Shown in pieces: positions 30,565-40,078 of a stretch of DNA of 64,000 nt. The position numbers and the translations under genes are program-made. Position 1 is the stretch's first letter. Every line of letters starts with the position of its first letter. The stretch comes from Bacteroidetes bacterium GWA2_40_15 (GTDB lineage Bacteria > Bacteroidota > Bacteroidia > Bacteroidales > VadinHA17). Location of the stretch: assembly GCA_001768195.1 (NCBI GenBank), contig MENI01000052.1:235-64234 (forward strand), in the 5' to 3' direction. The notes under the pieces are model-generated. The model had not been told where the DNA came from and did no database searches. It saw only the letters and a program-made list of their open reading frames with translations.

Positions 30565-30679
30565 ATGAATTCAAAAGAAAGAGTACTTCATCCTCGGTCC
30601 CGGACATACATATATCCAGGCTGATACTCCACTGGAGAACATTGTTGCCATGTATGACACTGCCTTTTCCTATATATAG
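30565..30679 (+). pseudogene. Uroporphyrinogen decarboxylase-family gene remnant (N- and C-termini fused, interior deleted)
   Basis: MNSKERVL joined out of frame to FILGPGHTYIQADTPLENIVAMYDTAFSYI*. Confidence 0.75.
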
Positions 30680-30749
30680 ATTCAGTAAATATTTCCAGAT
30701 GAAATTTTTGTTATATTGTGTCCATCAAAAATCTTTTTAATCAATTAAA

Positions 30750-32054
30750 ATGACGTTAAAAAATTACACTGTGCACAGGCCGGTTCAGGCAATGTGGATG
30801 ACAGTAGGAACAATCGGATTGTTCTTTTTTATTTTCGGATTTGTAACATGGCTCAACGGAATCCTTATTCCCTATCTGAAGATATCTTGTGAACTGAACC
30901 ATTTTGAATCGTACCTGGTAGCGTTTGCATTTTATGTTGCTTACGTTATAATGGCAATACCATCCTCATGGATTCTGAAAAGAACAGGTCTTAAATCAGG
31001 TATGATGTACGGATTATTTGTCATGGCAGTTGGGGCGCTTTTCTTTGTACCGGCTGCGATGACCAGAACCTATGGGATGTTTCTTACCGGCCTTTTTGTT
31101 ATGGGTACAGGGCTGGCCATACTTCAGACTGCCGCAAATCCATATATTACATTGCTCGGGCCGATCGAAAGCGCAGCACAGAGGATCAGCATTATGGGTA
31201 TCTGCAATAAATCTGCAGGGATAATCGCCACTTTCCTGTTTGGCGTTATGGCTCTCAGCGACGGCGATGCCCTGCTTGCAAGCCTTAGAAGCATGGATGA
31301 TATACAGAGAGCCACAACTCTTGATGAACTGGCTTCAAGAGTGGTGATTCCCTACCTCGGAATGGCGATAATTCTGGTCCTGATAGGCATTTTTGTCAAG
31401 AAATCAGGATTGCCTGAGATTGATCCCAATGGTAAGAATAAGGAGGAGGATGTTAAGGAGAGCGGTGCCCGGTCCTCTATCTTCCAGTATCCCTACCTGC
31501 TTCTGGGAGTCATTGCGATATTTTGTGATGTAGGACTGGAGATTGTAGCCGGTGATACAATAATAAGCTACGGACTTAGTCAGGGAATACCCATTTCCAT
31601 TGCAAAACACTTTACATCACTCGTTATGATTGCCTCAATAATTGGTTATACTATCGGAGTTATTGCAATACCACGTTTTATATCACAAAGTAAAGCTCTC
31701 CGTACGTGCGCAGTACTGGGTATAATTCTTACGGCTCTTGCAATAAGTACACCAGAAACGGCTTCAGTAGTCTTCATTGCACTGCTGGGGATGGCCAATT
31801 CGCTGATATGGCCTTCAGTATGGCCACTTGCAATAGATGGTCTGGGACGGTTTACCCGGATTGGCTCATCTCTGCTGATAATGGGTAACCTGGGTGGTGC
31901 CCTGGTCCCTTTACTCTACGGAAGGCTGGCAGATGTATTTAATCCGCAGCAGGCCTATCTGGTTTTAATACCGTGCTACTTCTTTATTTTATATTTTGCA
32001 ATGCATGGACATAAGCTGGGAAAAAGAACAAAGCCGGTGCCGGAACCATTGTGA
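30750..32054 (+). CDS. FucP/GluP-family MFS sugar transporter
   Basis: FFIFGFVTWLNGILIP, LQTAANPY, GMANSLIWP motifs; about 12 TM helices. Confidence 0.9.
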   Translation: MTLKNYTVHRPVQAMWMTVGTIGLFFFIFGFVTWLNGILIPYLKISCELNHFESYLVAFAFYVAYVIMAIPSSWILKRTGLKSGMMYGLFVMAVGALFFVPAAMTRTYGMFLTGLFVMGTGLAILQTAANPYITLLGPIESAAQRISIMGICNKSAGIIATFLFGVMALSDGDALLASLRSMDDIQRATTLDELASRVVIPYLGMAIILVLIGIFVKKSGLPEIDPNGKNKEEDVKESGARSSIFQYPYLLLGVIAIFCDVGLEIVAGDTIISYGLSQGIPISIAKHFTSLVMIASIIGYTIGVIAIPRFISQSKALRTCAVLGIILTALAISTPETASVVFIALLGMANSLIWPSVWPLAIDGLGRFTRIGSSLLIMGNLGGALVPLLYGRLADVFNPQQAYLVLIPCYFFILYFAMHGHKLGKRTKPVPEPL

Positions 32055-32120
32055 TTTCTTATTCTTAAATTGCACCTGTAACATTTCAGATGGGATATAT
32101 ACTATACTAATTCACAGATT

Positions 32121-33431
32121 ATGAAAAATTTAACAAGAAGGAGCTTCATTAAAACCGGAACAATGGCAACCATAGGAATGGGAATGCTATCTGATCCGGG
32201 ATACGCATCAGAAGCATCTGCAAAAAATGTCAGGATTGCAGTTATCGGTACCGGAAACAGGGGCACGGGGCATGTTCATAATCTTCTTACAATTGAAGGT
32301 GTTGAGATTGTTGCAGTGTGCGATCTGGAAGAGATCAGGGCCCGGAATGCAGCTGACCTGTGTGTAAAGGCCGGAAGGAAAAAGCCTGCCATTTATGCCG
32401 GGGATCATTTTGCTTACAGAAACCTGCTGGATAAGGAGAAGACAGATGCGGTCATTATAGCAACCTACTGGGATTCGCATACCGCAATTGCAGTGGAGAC
32501 TTTGAACAGAGGAGCATATCCGGGAATCGAGGTTCCTGCAGCCCTTACAGTTGAAGATACATGGAAGCTTGTTGAAACCTCCGAGAAAACAGGTATCCCC
32601 TGCATGATGCTTGAGAACTGGAGCTTCAGGCAGGATAACCTGGCTGCCCTGAATATGAAGAGGCTCGGTCTTTTCGGTGAGATCGTCCATTGCCACTGTG
32701 CCCACTCACACGACTGTATTGACCACTGGTTTTTCGACAGTAAGACCGGCGATCAGAGGTGGCCTGCCGAATACCTTCTCAAGTATAACAGGGATCAGTA
32801 CCCGACCCATAGTGTGGGGCCTGTAATAAGCTGGATGGATATCAACCGCGGCGATATTTTTACAGAGATCTATTCCACAGCTTCAGCTTCAACAGGGATT
32901 AATTCATACTTTAACAAAAAGTTCGGTCCCGATCATGCCAACTCAAAAATCAAATGGAAGCAGGGGGATATTGTGACATCACTACTTAAAACAAGGTCAG
33001 GAAAAACTCTTGTAATCAATTACGATATGCAGCTTCCAAGGCCCTATTCAAACAGGTGGTTGCTTGAAGGTACCCTTGGAGTATATGATGAAGAGAAAAG
33101 TTCCATTTACCTTACTGATTTGAGTCCGAAGTATCACGAGTGGGAACAGTGGAAGCCTTATGAGGTACAGTATAACCACAAATGGTGGCAGGCCGATTTA
33201 TCCTCACAATCTCATGGGGGAACCGATTATGTAATGATGAACGAGTTCATTAATTCCGTTAAGGCAAAGGGCCCGGCACCAATTGATGTTTACGACTCGG
33301 CAGTAATGACTGCAATTGTTGAATTGTCAGGTTTATCTATAGAGAAAAATGCACCGGTTCCCTTCCCTGATTTTACAAAGGGGAAATGGCAAACCAATAA
33401 ACCATATTTTGCATTGGACAGAAGTCTTTAA
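32121..33431 (+). CDS. GH109-like NAD-dependent glycosidase (Gfo/Idh/MocA fold), Tat-exported
   Basis: TRRSFI; VIGTGNRG, IEVPAA, CMMLEN, YPTH, PRPY, HGGTD and FPDFTKG motifs. Confidence 0.85.
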   Translation: MKNLTRRSFIKTGTMATIGMGMLSDPGYASEASAKNVRIAVIGTGNRGTGHVHNLLTIEGVEIVAVCDLEEIRARNAADLCVKAGRKKPAIYAGDHFAYRNLLDKEKTDAVIIATYWDSHTAIAVETLNRGAYPGIEVPAALTVEDTWKLVETSEKTGIPCMMLENWSFRQDNLAALNMKRLGLFGEIVHCHCAHSHDCIDHWFFDSKTGDQRWPAEYLLKYNRDQYPTHSVGPVISWMDINRGDIFTEIYSTASASTGINSYFNKKFGPDHANSKIKWKQGDIVTSLLKTRSGKTLVINYDMQLPRPYSNRWLLEGTLGVYDEEKSSIYLTDLSPKYHEWEQWKPYEVQYNHKWWQADLSSQSHGGTDYVMMNEFINSVKAKGPAPIDVYDSAVMTAIVELSGLSIEKNAPVPFPDFTKGKWQTNKPYFALDRSL

Positions 33432-33466
33432 CCCCTCTAAGAAAATGATATTCATTTAATAAAGGG

Positions 33467-33616
33467 GGCTGTTGAATAAGTCCTTTGTGAACCTTTGTGT
33501 TAACCTTGGAGTACCTTCGTGGTAAAAAACAAAGCATTAAACCACAAAGGCTCACAAAGTAAAGCACAAAGTAACACTAAGGTAAAAACAACTACTTAAA
33601 GACTTTTTCATCAGCC
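33467..33616. mobile_element. 150-bp MITE-like element, copy 2 (inverted relative to copy 1)
   Basis: Reverse complement of 16407-16556 with about 9 substitutions by manual alignment. Confidence 0.9.
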
Positions 33617-33730
33617 CCCATAAGAGGGGGTGAGGCGGAAACAAAGTCTGGGAAAATTTGTTAGTTTAACAAGTTGATTTTGATAAGTTTGTTTTAGTAC
33701 TATCTATTTAAGATTTAATAGTACCAAAGT

Positions 33731-34636
33731 ATGAAAGTAAAATTTTGCAGAACAGAAGTTGAATTTCCAAGTGAGAAGCTTGGCGAATTGAGGGATTCAA
33801 ATGAGCTTCTGAATGATCTCAGTGCATTAAATTCCAGAATTGAGCAGGATGGTTATCTGCTATTGAGGGATTTTTTTGACAGGGAAACTGTTTTAAAAGC
33901 GCGTGATGCCATTGTAAGATATATGGACGAAAACAATGCGCTTGTTAAAGGAACACCTTTACTTGAAGCTGTCATGCCCCGGACAGGTAAAGAGGTAAGA
34001 ATGACCGGTCAGAGTGTGATCACCCATCATCCGCAATCACTTCAGCTTTTTGAAAACAGTAAACTTTTTGATTTTTTTAAATTGTTTTTCGAAGATGATG
34101 CAGTAACATATGATTATAAATGGTTGCGTGCTGTTGGGAATGAGAACTTTACCGGTTGCCATTATGATGTTGTATATATGGGAAGAGGTTCTAAAAATGT
34201 TCATACCGTCTGGATCCCTATTGGTGAAATACCTGTCAGCCAGGGAACTCTCGCCATCTGTGAAGGTTCGCACAACCTTGAATCATTTGCACGTCTGAGA
34301 AATACATACGGAGGCATTGATGTTGACAGGGATATGATAAGCGAGGGATGGTTCAGTTCAGATCCTTATGAGATAACCGACAAGTTTGGCGGTAGATGGC
34401 TTACAACAAACTTTAATCCCGGTGATATATTAATTTTCGGCCTCTATACTCTTCATGCATCCACAACTAACCTTACAGATAAGTTCAGGATAAGCTGTGA
34501 TATACGTTTTCAACCCAAAGGAGAGAAGATGGATGACAGATGGGCAGGAAAGAGTCCTGTCGGGCATTATGCATGGGGTAAAGATGAAAGAAAAGAGAGA
34601 CCTATTTCTGAACTCAGAAAAGAATGGGGAATTTAA
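33731..34636 (+). CDS. Phytanoyl-CoA dioxygenase (PhyH) family protein
   Basis: DGYLLLR, HYD and LHAS (HxD...H triad), VWIP, GSH, RISCDIRF. Confidence 0.88.
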   Translation: MKVKFCRTEVEFPSEKLGELRDSNELLNDLSALNSRIEQDGYLLLRDFFDRETVLKARDAIVRYMDENNALVKGTPLLEAVMPRTGKEVRMTGQSVITHHPQSLQLFENSKLFDFFKLFFEDDAVTYDYKWLRAVGNENFTGCHYDVVYMGRGSKNVHTVWIPIGEIPVSQGTLAICEGSHNLESFARLRNTYGGIDVDRDMISEGWFSSDPYEITDKFGGRWLTTNFNPGDILIFGLYTLHASTTNLTDKFRISCDIRFQPKGEKMDDRWAGKSPVGHYAWGKDERKERPISELRKEWGI

Positions 34637-34674
34637 TTATTTATTGTTTACCAATTAGTTTAACATAATAAATA

Positions 34675-35754
34675 ATGATAAACATCGAAGCAAGCGTTTC
34701 AAAAGGTTGGCTCCACAAAAACGGAGGATTCAATTTTGACAACAGGTATTATATGGACCCGGTTTACAGATGGGAGCAGGATAGTACTATAAATAAATTC
34801 GTTAAGGAAAAATTTCCGCGCTATACTATCTATAACATGGAAGCAAATCTTCTGCAGGCAAAACATGTAAAGGATAATCATGTGCTGGTCGGAGCCATTC
34901 AGCCAAATATGATACTGGCTACAATTTTGGGAGCTGAGTTCTCTTTTTTTGAAGACAAGGATGCAGATGTCGCAGGAAAACCTCTTGAGTTTATTGCCAG
35001 AAAGGAAGAGTTACCTTCAATATCAGCAATCCTGGGACATCCCCTTGTAAAGGATCTTGAAAATCAGATTAAGGATATAAGCGAGACCAGGCCGGATATG
35101 AAGGTTATTCCGCCATTTTTCTGGGATGAATCGGGAAGGGCGACCATTCATGGCATTATAACCACATCGCTGAAGCTTACAGGTGATAACATAATGATCA
35201 CCATGATGTCGGATCCTGATCTGGCACATGCCATACATCAGTGGATTGTTGATGCCTACATAGCTCTTATTCAGCATTTTGCGGACACAGGCAAGCTTCC
35301 TGTGACCTCCATACATGTTGGTGAATGTGCCGGGACAATGATCTCATCCGAACTATATGATGAGTTTATTGTGCCCTATATCAGCCAGCTGGGTGAAAAG
35401 CTTGGATTGGTACGCATTCATACATGCGGTATTTCTGATCATATCATGAAGCCAATATCAAAGATTAAGAACCTGAACATAATCGATACAGGTTCAGGAA
35501 CATCCATCAGCAAAATCAGAGAGCTTATGGGACCGGATTTTACAATTCATATTGCTCCACCAATGGAGCTTTTAATGTCTAATGTTCCGCAATCACAGAT
35601 ACTTGACTGGCTCAATAAAACTCTTGATGAGAACCAGGGAGGTCCGCTCCAGATAGCTTATCATATTGAGCCAGACTATGAGCTTGGCAACTGCCTGGTG
35701 ATGCATGATGAACTTGAAAGGAGAGGGCTGATTGAGAACAAGAGGCTGTATTAA
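34675..35754 (+). CDS. URO-D/MtaA-CmuA-like (methylcobamide methyltransferase fold) protein
   Basis: DPDLAH, MISSELYDEFIVPY and IHTCG (HxC) motifs. Confidence 0.7.
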   Translation: MINIEASVSKGWLHKNGGFNFDNRYYMDPVYRWEQDSTINKFVKEKFPRYTIYNMEANLLQAKHVKDNHVLVGAIQPNMILATILGAEFSFFEDKDADVAGKPLEFIARKEELPSISAILGHPLVKDLENQIKDISETRPDMKVIPPFFWDESGRATIHGIITTSLKLTGDNIMITMMSDPDLAHAIHQWIVDAYIALIQHFADTGKLPVTSIHVGECAGTMISSELYDEFIVPYISQLGEKLGLVRIHTCGISDHIMKPISKIKNLNIIDTGSGTSISKIRELMGPDFTIHIAPPMELLMSNVPQSQILDWLNKTLDENQGGPLQIAYHIEPDYELGNCLVMHDELERRGLIENKRLY

Positions 35755-35772
35755 GTAATAAAGAAAGCATAA

Positions 35773-35901
35773 TCAATTACCGTTGGCTTCAGCCAACGGT
35801 TGATAAAGCAGATAAATTATGGACTTTAGTCCGTAATTATTGGGCTAAAGCCCGGGTAAGTAAATTGTAGTTTACCGTTGGCTGAAGCCAACGGTAGTTG
35901 A
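35773..35901. repeat. REP-like doublet, family A (complete inverted arrangement)
   Basis: 35773-35800 and 35874-35901 are 27/28-nt inverted copies enclosing ggactttagtcc and gggctaaagccc. Confidence 0.9.
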
Positions 35902-35966
35902 CTCAAACATCCGATTAAATATCTATTAATCAAAGTATTAAAAGTTATAGTTTAAGAAGTATTTGT

Positions 35967-36779
35967 ATGAAAATCATTCAATTTATAATTCTGGTTATTA
36001 TGTTTACATCATGTACCAACCCAGGCAAAGTTCTTTACCAGGAACTGACTCCTGATGAATTCAGTACCAGGCTTGCTGAATGCCCTGTAGCATACCTGCC
36101 TCTCGGTACTCTTGAATGGCATGGCGACCACCTGCCTCTCGGTTCAGATGGGATGCAATCGCTTGGGGTTTTTAAAATTCTGGCACAGGAAGCGGGAGGC
36201 ATTGTTATGCCAATGCTTTTTATTGGTCCTGATGGTTATGACACAATCATCAATGGCAGGGAATATTATGGAATGGACTGTGCAAGCCTCTTCAGCGAAC
36301 AGGGGAATTATGAAATTCAGCAGTTGCCGGGAAGCGCTTACTGGGTGCCGGATTCAACATTCGATATAATGATGAATGGCATAATGAAACAGCTGAGCCG
36401 GGCAGGATTCAAAATTGTTATTGCGCATGGTCACGGACCATCGACAAATTACATCGGGGCCAATGCTCAGATATTCAGGGAAAAGTATGATCTTACAGTT
36501 ATGAATTGCTGGGGCAACGATAAAGATGATCTTTGCCTTATGTGCGACCATGCAGGTGCCAACGAGACTTCAATAATGATGTATCTTCATCCGGATCTTG
36601 TTCATATGGAGAAACTTCCGGCTGATACCTCTGTATGGCCAAAAGGAATGCTTGGGAAAGACCCCAGGATCCATGCCAGCAGTAAACATGGTAAGGATAT
36701 TATTGATTTTGAGGTTAAAAAGATGCAGGCTATAATAGAAAAAGAACTGGAGAAGCTAAAGTTGCTGGCGCGGATTTAG
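35967..36779 (+). CDS. Creatininase family amidohydrolase, probable lipoprotein
   Basis: PLGTLEWHGDHLPLGSD, HGHG and DHAGANETS motifs; lipobox FTS-C; stop codon lies inside a repeat. Confidence 0.9.
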   Translation: MKIIQFIILVIMFTSCTNPGKVLYQELTPDEFSTRLAECPVAYLPLGTLEWHGDHLPLGSDGMQSLGVFKILAQEAGGIVMPMLFIGPDGYDTIINGREYYGMDCASLFSEQGNYEIQQLPGSAYWVPDSTFDIMMNGIMKQLSRAGFKIVIAHGHGPSTNYIGANAQIFREKYDLTVMNCWGNDKDDLCLMCDHAGANETSIMMYLHPDLVHMEKLPADTSVWPKGMLGKDPRIHASSKHGKDIIDFEVKKMQAIIEKELEKLKLLARI

Positions 36780-36861
36780 CGGAGCGTAATCCGTGTCTTT
36801 TGTTTTTGGCACCAATTACAACCAAACGAAGGGAGCTTGCCGAAGGCAAATTAGCGCCTGC
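36764..36861. repeat. REP-like doublet, family B, copy 1
   Basis: gctggcgcggatttagcggagcgtaatccgtg...ggcaccaattacaaccaaacgaagggagcttgccgaaggcaaattagcgcctgc; direct copy at 39905. Confidence 0.85.
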
Positions 36862-36886
36862 GATATAACATTTAATTAATCATTCT

Positions 36887-39800
36887 ATGAGATATCTGCT
36901 TTTGATTTTACTCTTTCTGGAATCAACTGCCTCTGCTCAGGATTCTAAGATCAGGGAGGTTAACAGGCCTATGACGACTTTCCCATATTCTGATCCCGAT
37001 CCGGTTCCTAAAATTGGGAGGGTTTATCCGTACTTCAGGTTTGACGGATTTACAAACAAGCCTGTAATTCAGTCCTGGAAAATGGTGGAACTGGAGAATG
37101 ATTACATCAGGTTGGCCGTAATGCCTGAAATGGGAGGAAAAGTATGGGAGGCATATGAAAAATCGGAGAACTTTCCTTTTGTTTTCACCACCAGGGCGGT
37201 CAAATTCCGCGATATTGCTTTGCGGGGGCCATGGACCACCGGTGGCCTTGAATTTAATTTTGGAGATATAGGTCATGGTACAACAGTGTCAACGCCTGTA
37301 GACTATTTTACCAGGACCAATACTGACGGGAGCGTTAGCTGCTTTATTGGAGCAACTGATTGGGCATCCGGAACTACATGGAGAGTTGAGATAAAACTTG
37401 ACCCGGATAAAGCATATTTCACTACCCGGTCATGGTGGTATAACAATACTCCTGTTGAGCAGGAGTATTATCACTGGATCAATGCCGGTTTCAAGGCTGA
37501 AGGTGACCTTGAATTTATCTTTCCGGGAACACATCATATAGGCCATGGTGGCAGGGGAGATAACTGGCCGATTGACTCAATGGGCAGGCAGATCTCCTTC
37601 TACAGGCATAATGACTTTGGAAGCTATAAATCATATCATATAATAGGACGATCTTCAAATTTCTACGGAGGTTTTTGGCATGCCGACAATATGGGCTTCG
37701 GCAGATACTCTCCATATTATGAGAAACTTGGGAAGAAAGTATGGATACTCGGATTATCACAGGAGGGTGATAGATGGGAAAACCTTCTTGGTGATAATGA
37801 TGGCCTGAATGTTGAGCTTCAATCCGGCCGTCTTTTTAACCAGGCTTCACGCGGAAGTGAACGGACTCCATTCAAGCAGGTGGGTTTTTCACCTTATACA
37901 ACTGATTCCTGGAGCGATAAATGGTTTCCGGTGAAACATACCAGGGGTATGACGCATTCCTCTGCCAGAGGTGTATTAAACATGAGGTTGGACAATGACT
38001 GGTTGAAGATTGACTGGATGGCACTTGAAAACCAGAATGACTCACTGGTTGTTTCTAAAAGTGATAAAACCATCATAAGGCAAAAAGTTGTTTTAAAACC
38101 CCTGGAGCTTTTTCGCGATTCGGTAAGATGGGAAGGTGATCCGGATAAACTGATTGCGAGGATAGGCAATGATATTATTACTGAAGAATCAGGAGAACCG
38201 TTAAACCGCCCGATAGAATCACCGGATAATTTCGACTGGGAATCCGATTACGGATTGCTGGTAATGGGGACTGACCTTGGACGGCAGAAGAATTATAAGG
38301 CAGCCGAAGAGTATCTTTTAAAATCACTTGCAAAGAATCCTGATCTTGTTCCGGCACTTACCCGGATGTCGCAGATAAAGTACAGGCAGGGACTATATGA
38401 TGAAGCCCGAGGATTTGCCGGAAGAGCCCTGGCTGTAAATACTTACGATGCAGAGGCTAATTATTTCTGGGGACTCACCAGCGAGATGACCGGCCATCCT
38501 GCAGATGCACTCGACGGGTATTCAGTAGCTGTTCTTTCACAATCGGTAAGACGCGCTGCATACATCAGGTTGGCATGGATGGCTGTTGAAAGAAAAGACT
38601 GGTATGAGGCTGACAAGTTGATTGACAGATGCCTCGTTAGTTATCCTCACGATGAACTTGGATGGAATGTAAAAGCTGTAATTAAACGTTATCTTGGGGA
38701 TAAGGTTACAGCAATTTCAGTCATTGAGGAACAACTGAAGAGGGATCCTTTAAACCATATTTCGCGCTTCGAAAAATATATGATCACCCGGTCAGAATCC
38801 GACAAAAAGGAGTTTATAGATTTTATCCGCCAGGAGCTGCCGCATGAAACATTTATTGAACTTGCCCTTCAGTACCATAAATGGAACCTTGATGAAGATG
38901 TTTTGATCATATTGGACCTTTCTCCTTCGCATCCGATGGTTCATATCATGCAGGCATTTCTGCTTGACAAAAGGGGCGAGAGAGAGCTTCCCCCGGGAAA
39001 ACTTGAACTTGCCCTTAACGCATCACCAGAACTTGTTTTTCCATTCCGGACTGAAATGGCAGATATGTTTTCATGGGCTGATAAACGTAAACCAGACTGG
39101 AAATGGAAATATTATGAAGCTCTTATTTACTGGCAGAATAACCGCATTGAAGAGGCAAGAAGATTATTCACTGCCTGCTCAGATGATCCTGATTTTGTCC
39201 CTTTTTATCTTGCCAGGGCAGCACTTTTCGGTGATCAGAATGATATTGTCAGGAGTTCACTTGAGAAAGCATACAGTCTCGATCCGTTTTTCTGGCGTAC
39301 AGGCCTGAGGCTTTCCAGATTTTATGCCGGTGACGGACAGCCTTTAAAAGCGCTCGAAATTGCTTCCATGAACTATAAGTCACATCCCGGCAGTTTTATT
39401 ACGGGCCTTCAATATGCACATATGCTTAAGCTTAACAGGAAATATCCTGAGGCGCTGAATATTCTTGGCAAACTGGAAATGCTTCCTGCTGAAGGAGATG
39501 TAAATGCTCACACTCTCTTCAGGGAGACAAATATCCTTTATGCTATCGAACATATGAAAACCCGAAGATGGAAAAAAGCAGTTGTTGCTCTGACCCAGGC
39601 AGAGAGATGGCCGGAGAACCTCTTTTCAGGTGAGCCCTATTTCCCTGATAACAGGGTTACACAATTCATGCGTGGATACTGCTTTGAGAAACTTAAAATT
39701 CCGGCAGAAACTGAGAAGTCATTTACCTATATTAAGGAGTATAAAAATCCTGATGGCCGCAGATACCCTTCCGGCAACAGTCTTACAAAACTTGTTGAGG

Positions 39801-39901
39801 CCGGATCAAGAGATTATAAAATCATTACCAGCTCTGTTTTTAATGAATTGAAGAGTGATCGTGACAATGAAGTATTAAAAGCATTTCTGGAAATACTCTA
39901 A
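36887..39901 (+). CDS. DUF5107 domain protein with TPR repeats
   Basis: YPYFRFDGF, LENDYI..MPEMGGKV, GGLEFNFG, GKKVW and ELQSGR motifs; helical TPR C-terminus; signal peptide. Confidence 0.88.
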   Translation: MRYLLLILLFLESTASAQDSKIREVNRPMTTFPYSDPDPVPKIGRVYPYFRFDGFTNKPVIQSWKMVELENDYIRLAVMPEMGGKVWEAYEKSENFPFVFTTRAVKFRDIALRGPWTTGGLEFNFGDIGHGTTVSTPVDYFTRTNTDGSVSCFIGATDWASGTTWRVEIKLDPDKAYFTTRSWWYNNTPVEQEYYHWINAGFKAEGDLEFIFPGTHHIGHGGRGDNWPIDSMGRQISFYRHNDFGSYKSYHIIGRSSNFYGGFWHADNMGFGRYSPYYEKLGKKVWILGLSQEGDRWENLLGDNDGLNVELQSGRLFNQASRGSERTPFKQVGFSPYTTDSWSDKWFPVKHTRGMTHSSARGVLNMRLDNDWLKIDWMALENQNDSLVVSKSDKTIIRQKVVLKPLELFRDSVRWEGDPDKLIARIGNDIITEESGEPLNRPIESPDNFDWESDYGLLVMGTDLGRQKNYKAAEEYLLKSLAKNPDLVPALTRMSQIKYRQGLYDEARGFAGRALAVNTYDAEANYFWGLTSEMTGHPADALDGYSVAVLSQSVRRAAYIRLAWMAVERKDWYEADKLIDRCLVSYPHDELGWNVKAVIKRYLGDKVTAISVIEEQLKRDPLNHISRFEKYMITRSESDKKEFIDFIRQELPHETFIELALQYHKWNLDEDVLIILDLSPSHPMVHIMQAFLLDKRGERELPPGKLELALNASPELVFPFRTEMADMFSWADKRKPDWKWKYYEALIYWQNNRIEEARRLFTACSDDPDFVPFYLARAALFGDQNDIVRSSLEKAYSLDPFFWRTGLRLSRFYAGDGQPLKALEIASMNYKSHPGSFITGLQYAHMLKLNRKYPEALNILGKLEMLPAEGDVNAHTLFRETNILYAIEHMKTRRWKKAVVALTQAERWPENLFSGEPYFPDNRVTQFMRGYCFEKLKIPAETEKSFTYIKEYKNPDGRRYPSGNSLTKLVEAGSRDYKIITSSVFNELKSDRDNEVLKAFLEIL

Positions 39902-39904
39902 GCC

Positions 39905-40069
39905 GCCGGCGCGGATTTAGCGAAGCGTAATCCGTGCCTGATTGTTTGTCACCAACTACAACCGACCGAAGGGAGCTCGCCAAAGGCAAATTGGCGCCAG
40001 CATGCCCGATGGTTTTGCTGGTGCGGATTTAGCGAAGCGTAATCCGTGCCTATTCGTTGGCGCCAGCAA
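39905..40069. repeat. REP-like family B, copy 2 (39905-40001) and shortened copy 3 (40015-40069)
   Basis: Same sequence as 36764-36861; copy 3 keeps the left arm and the terminal ttggcgccagc only. Confidence 0.85.
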
Positions 40070-40078
40070 TCAATTGGT

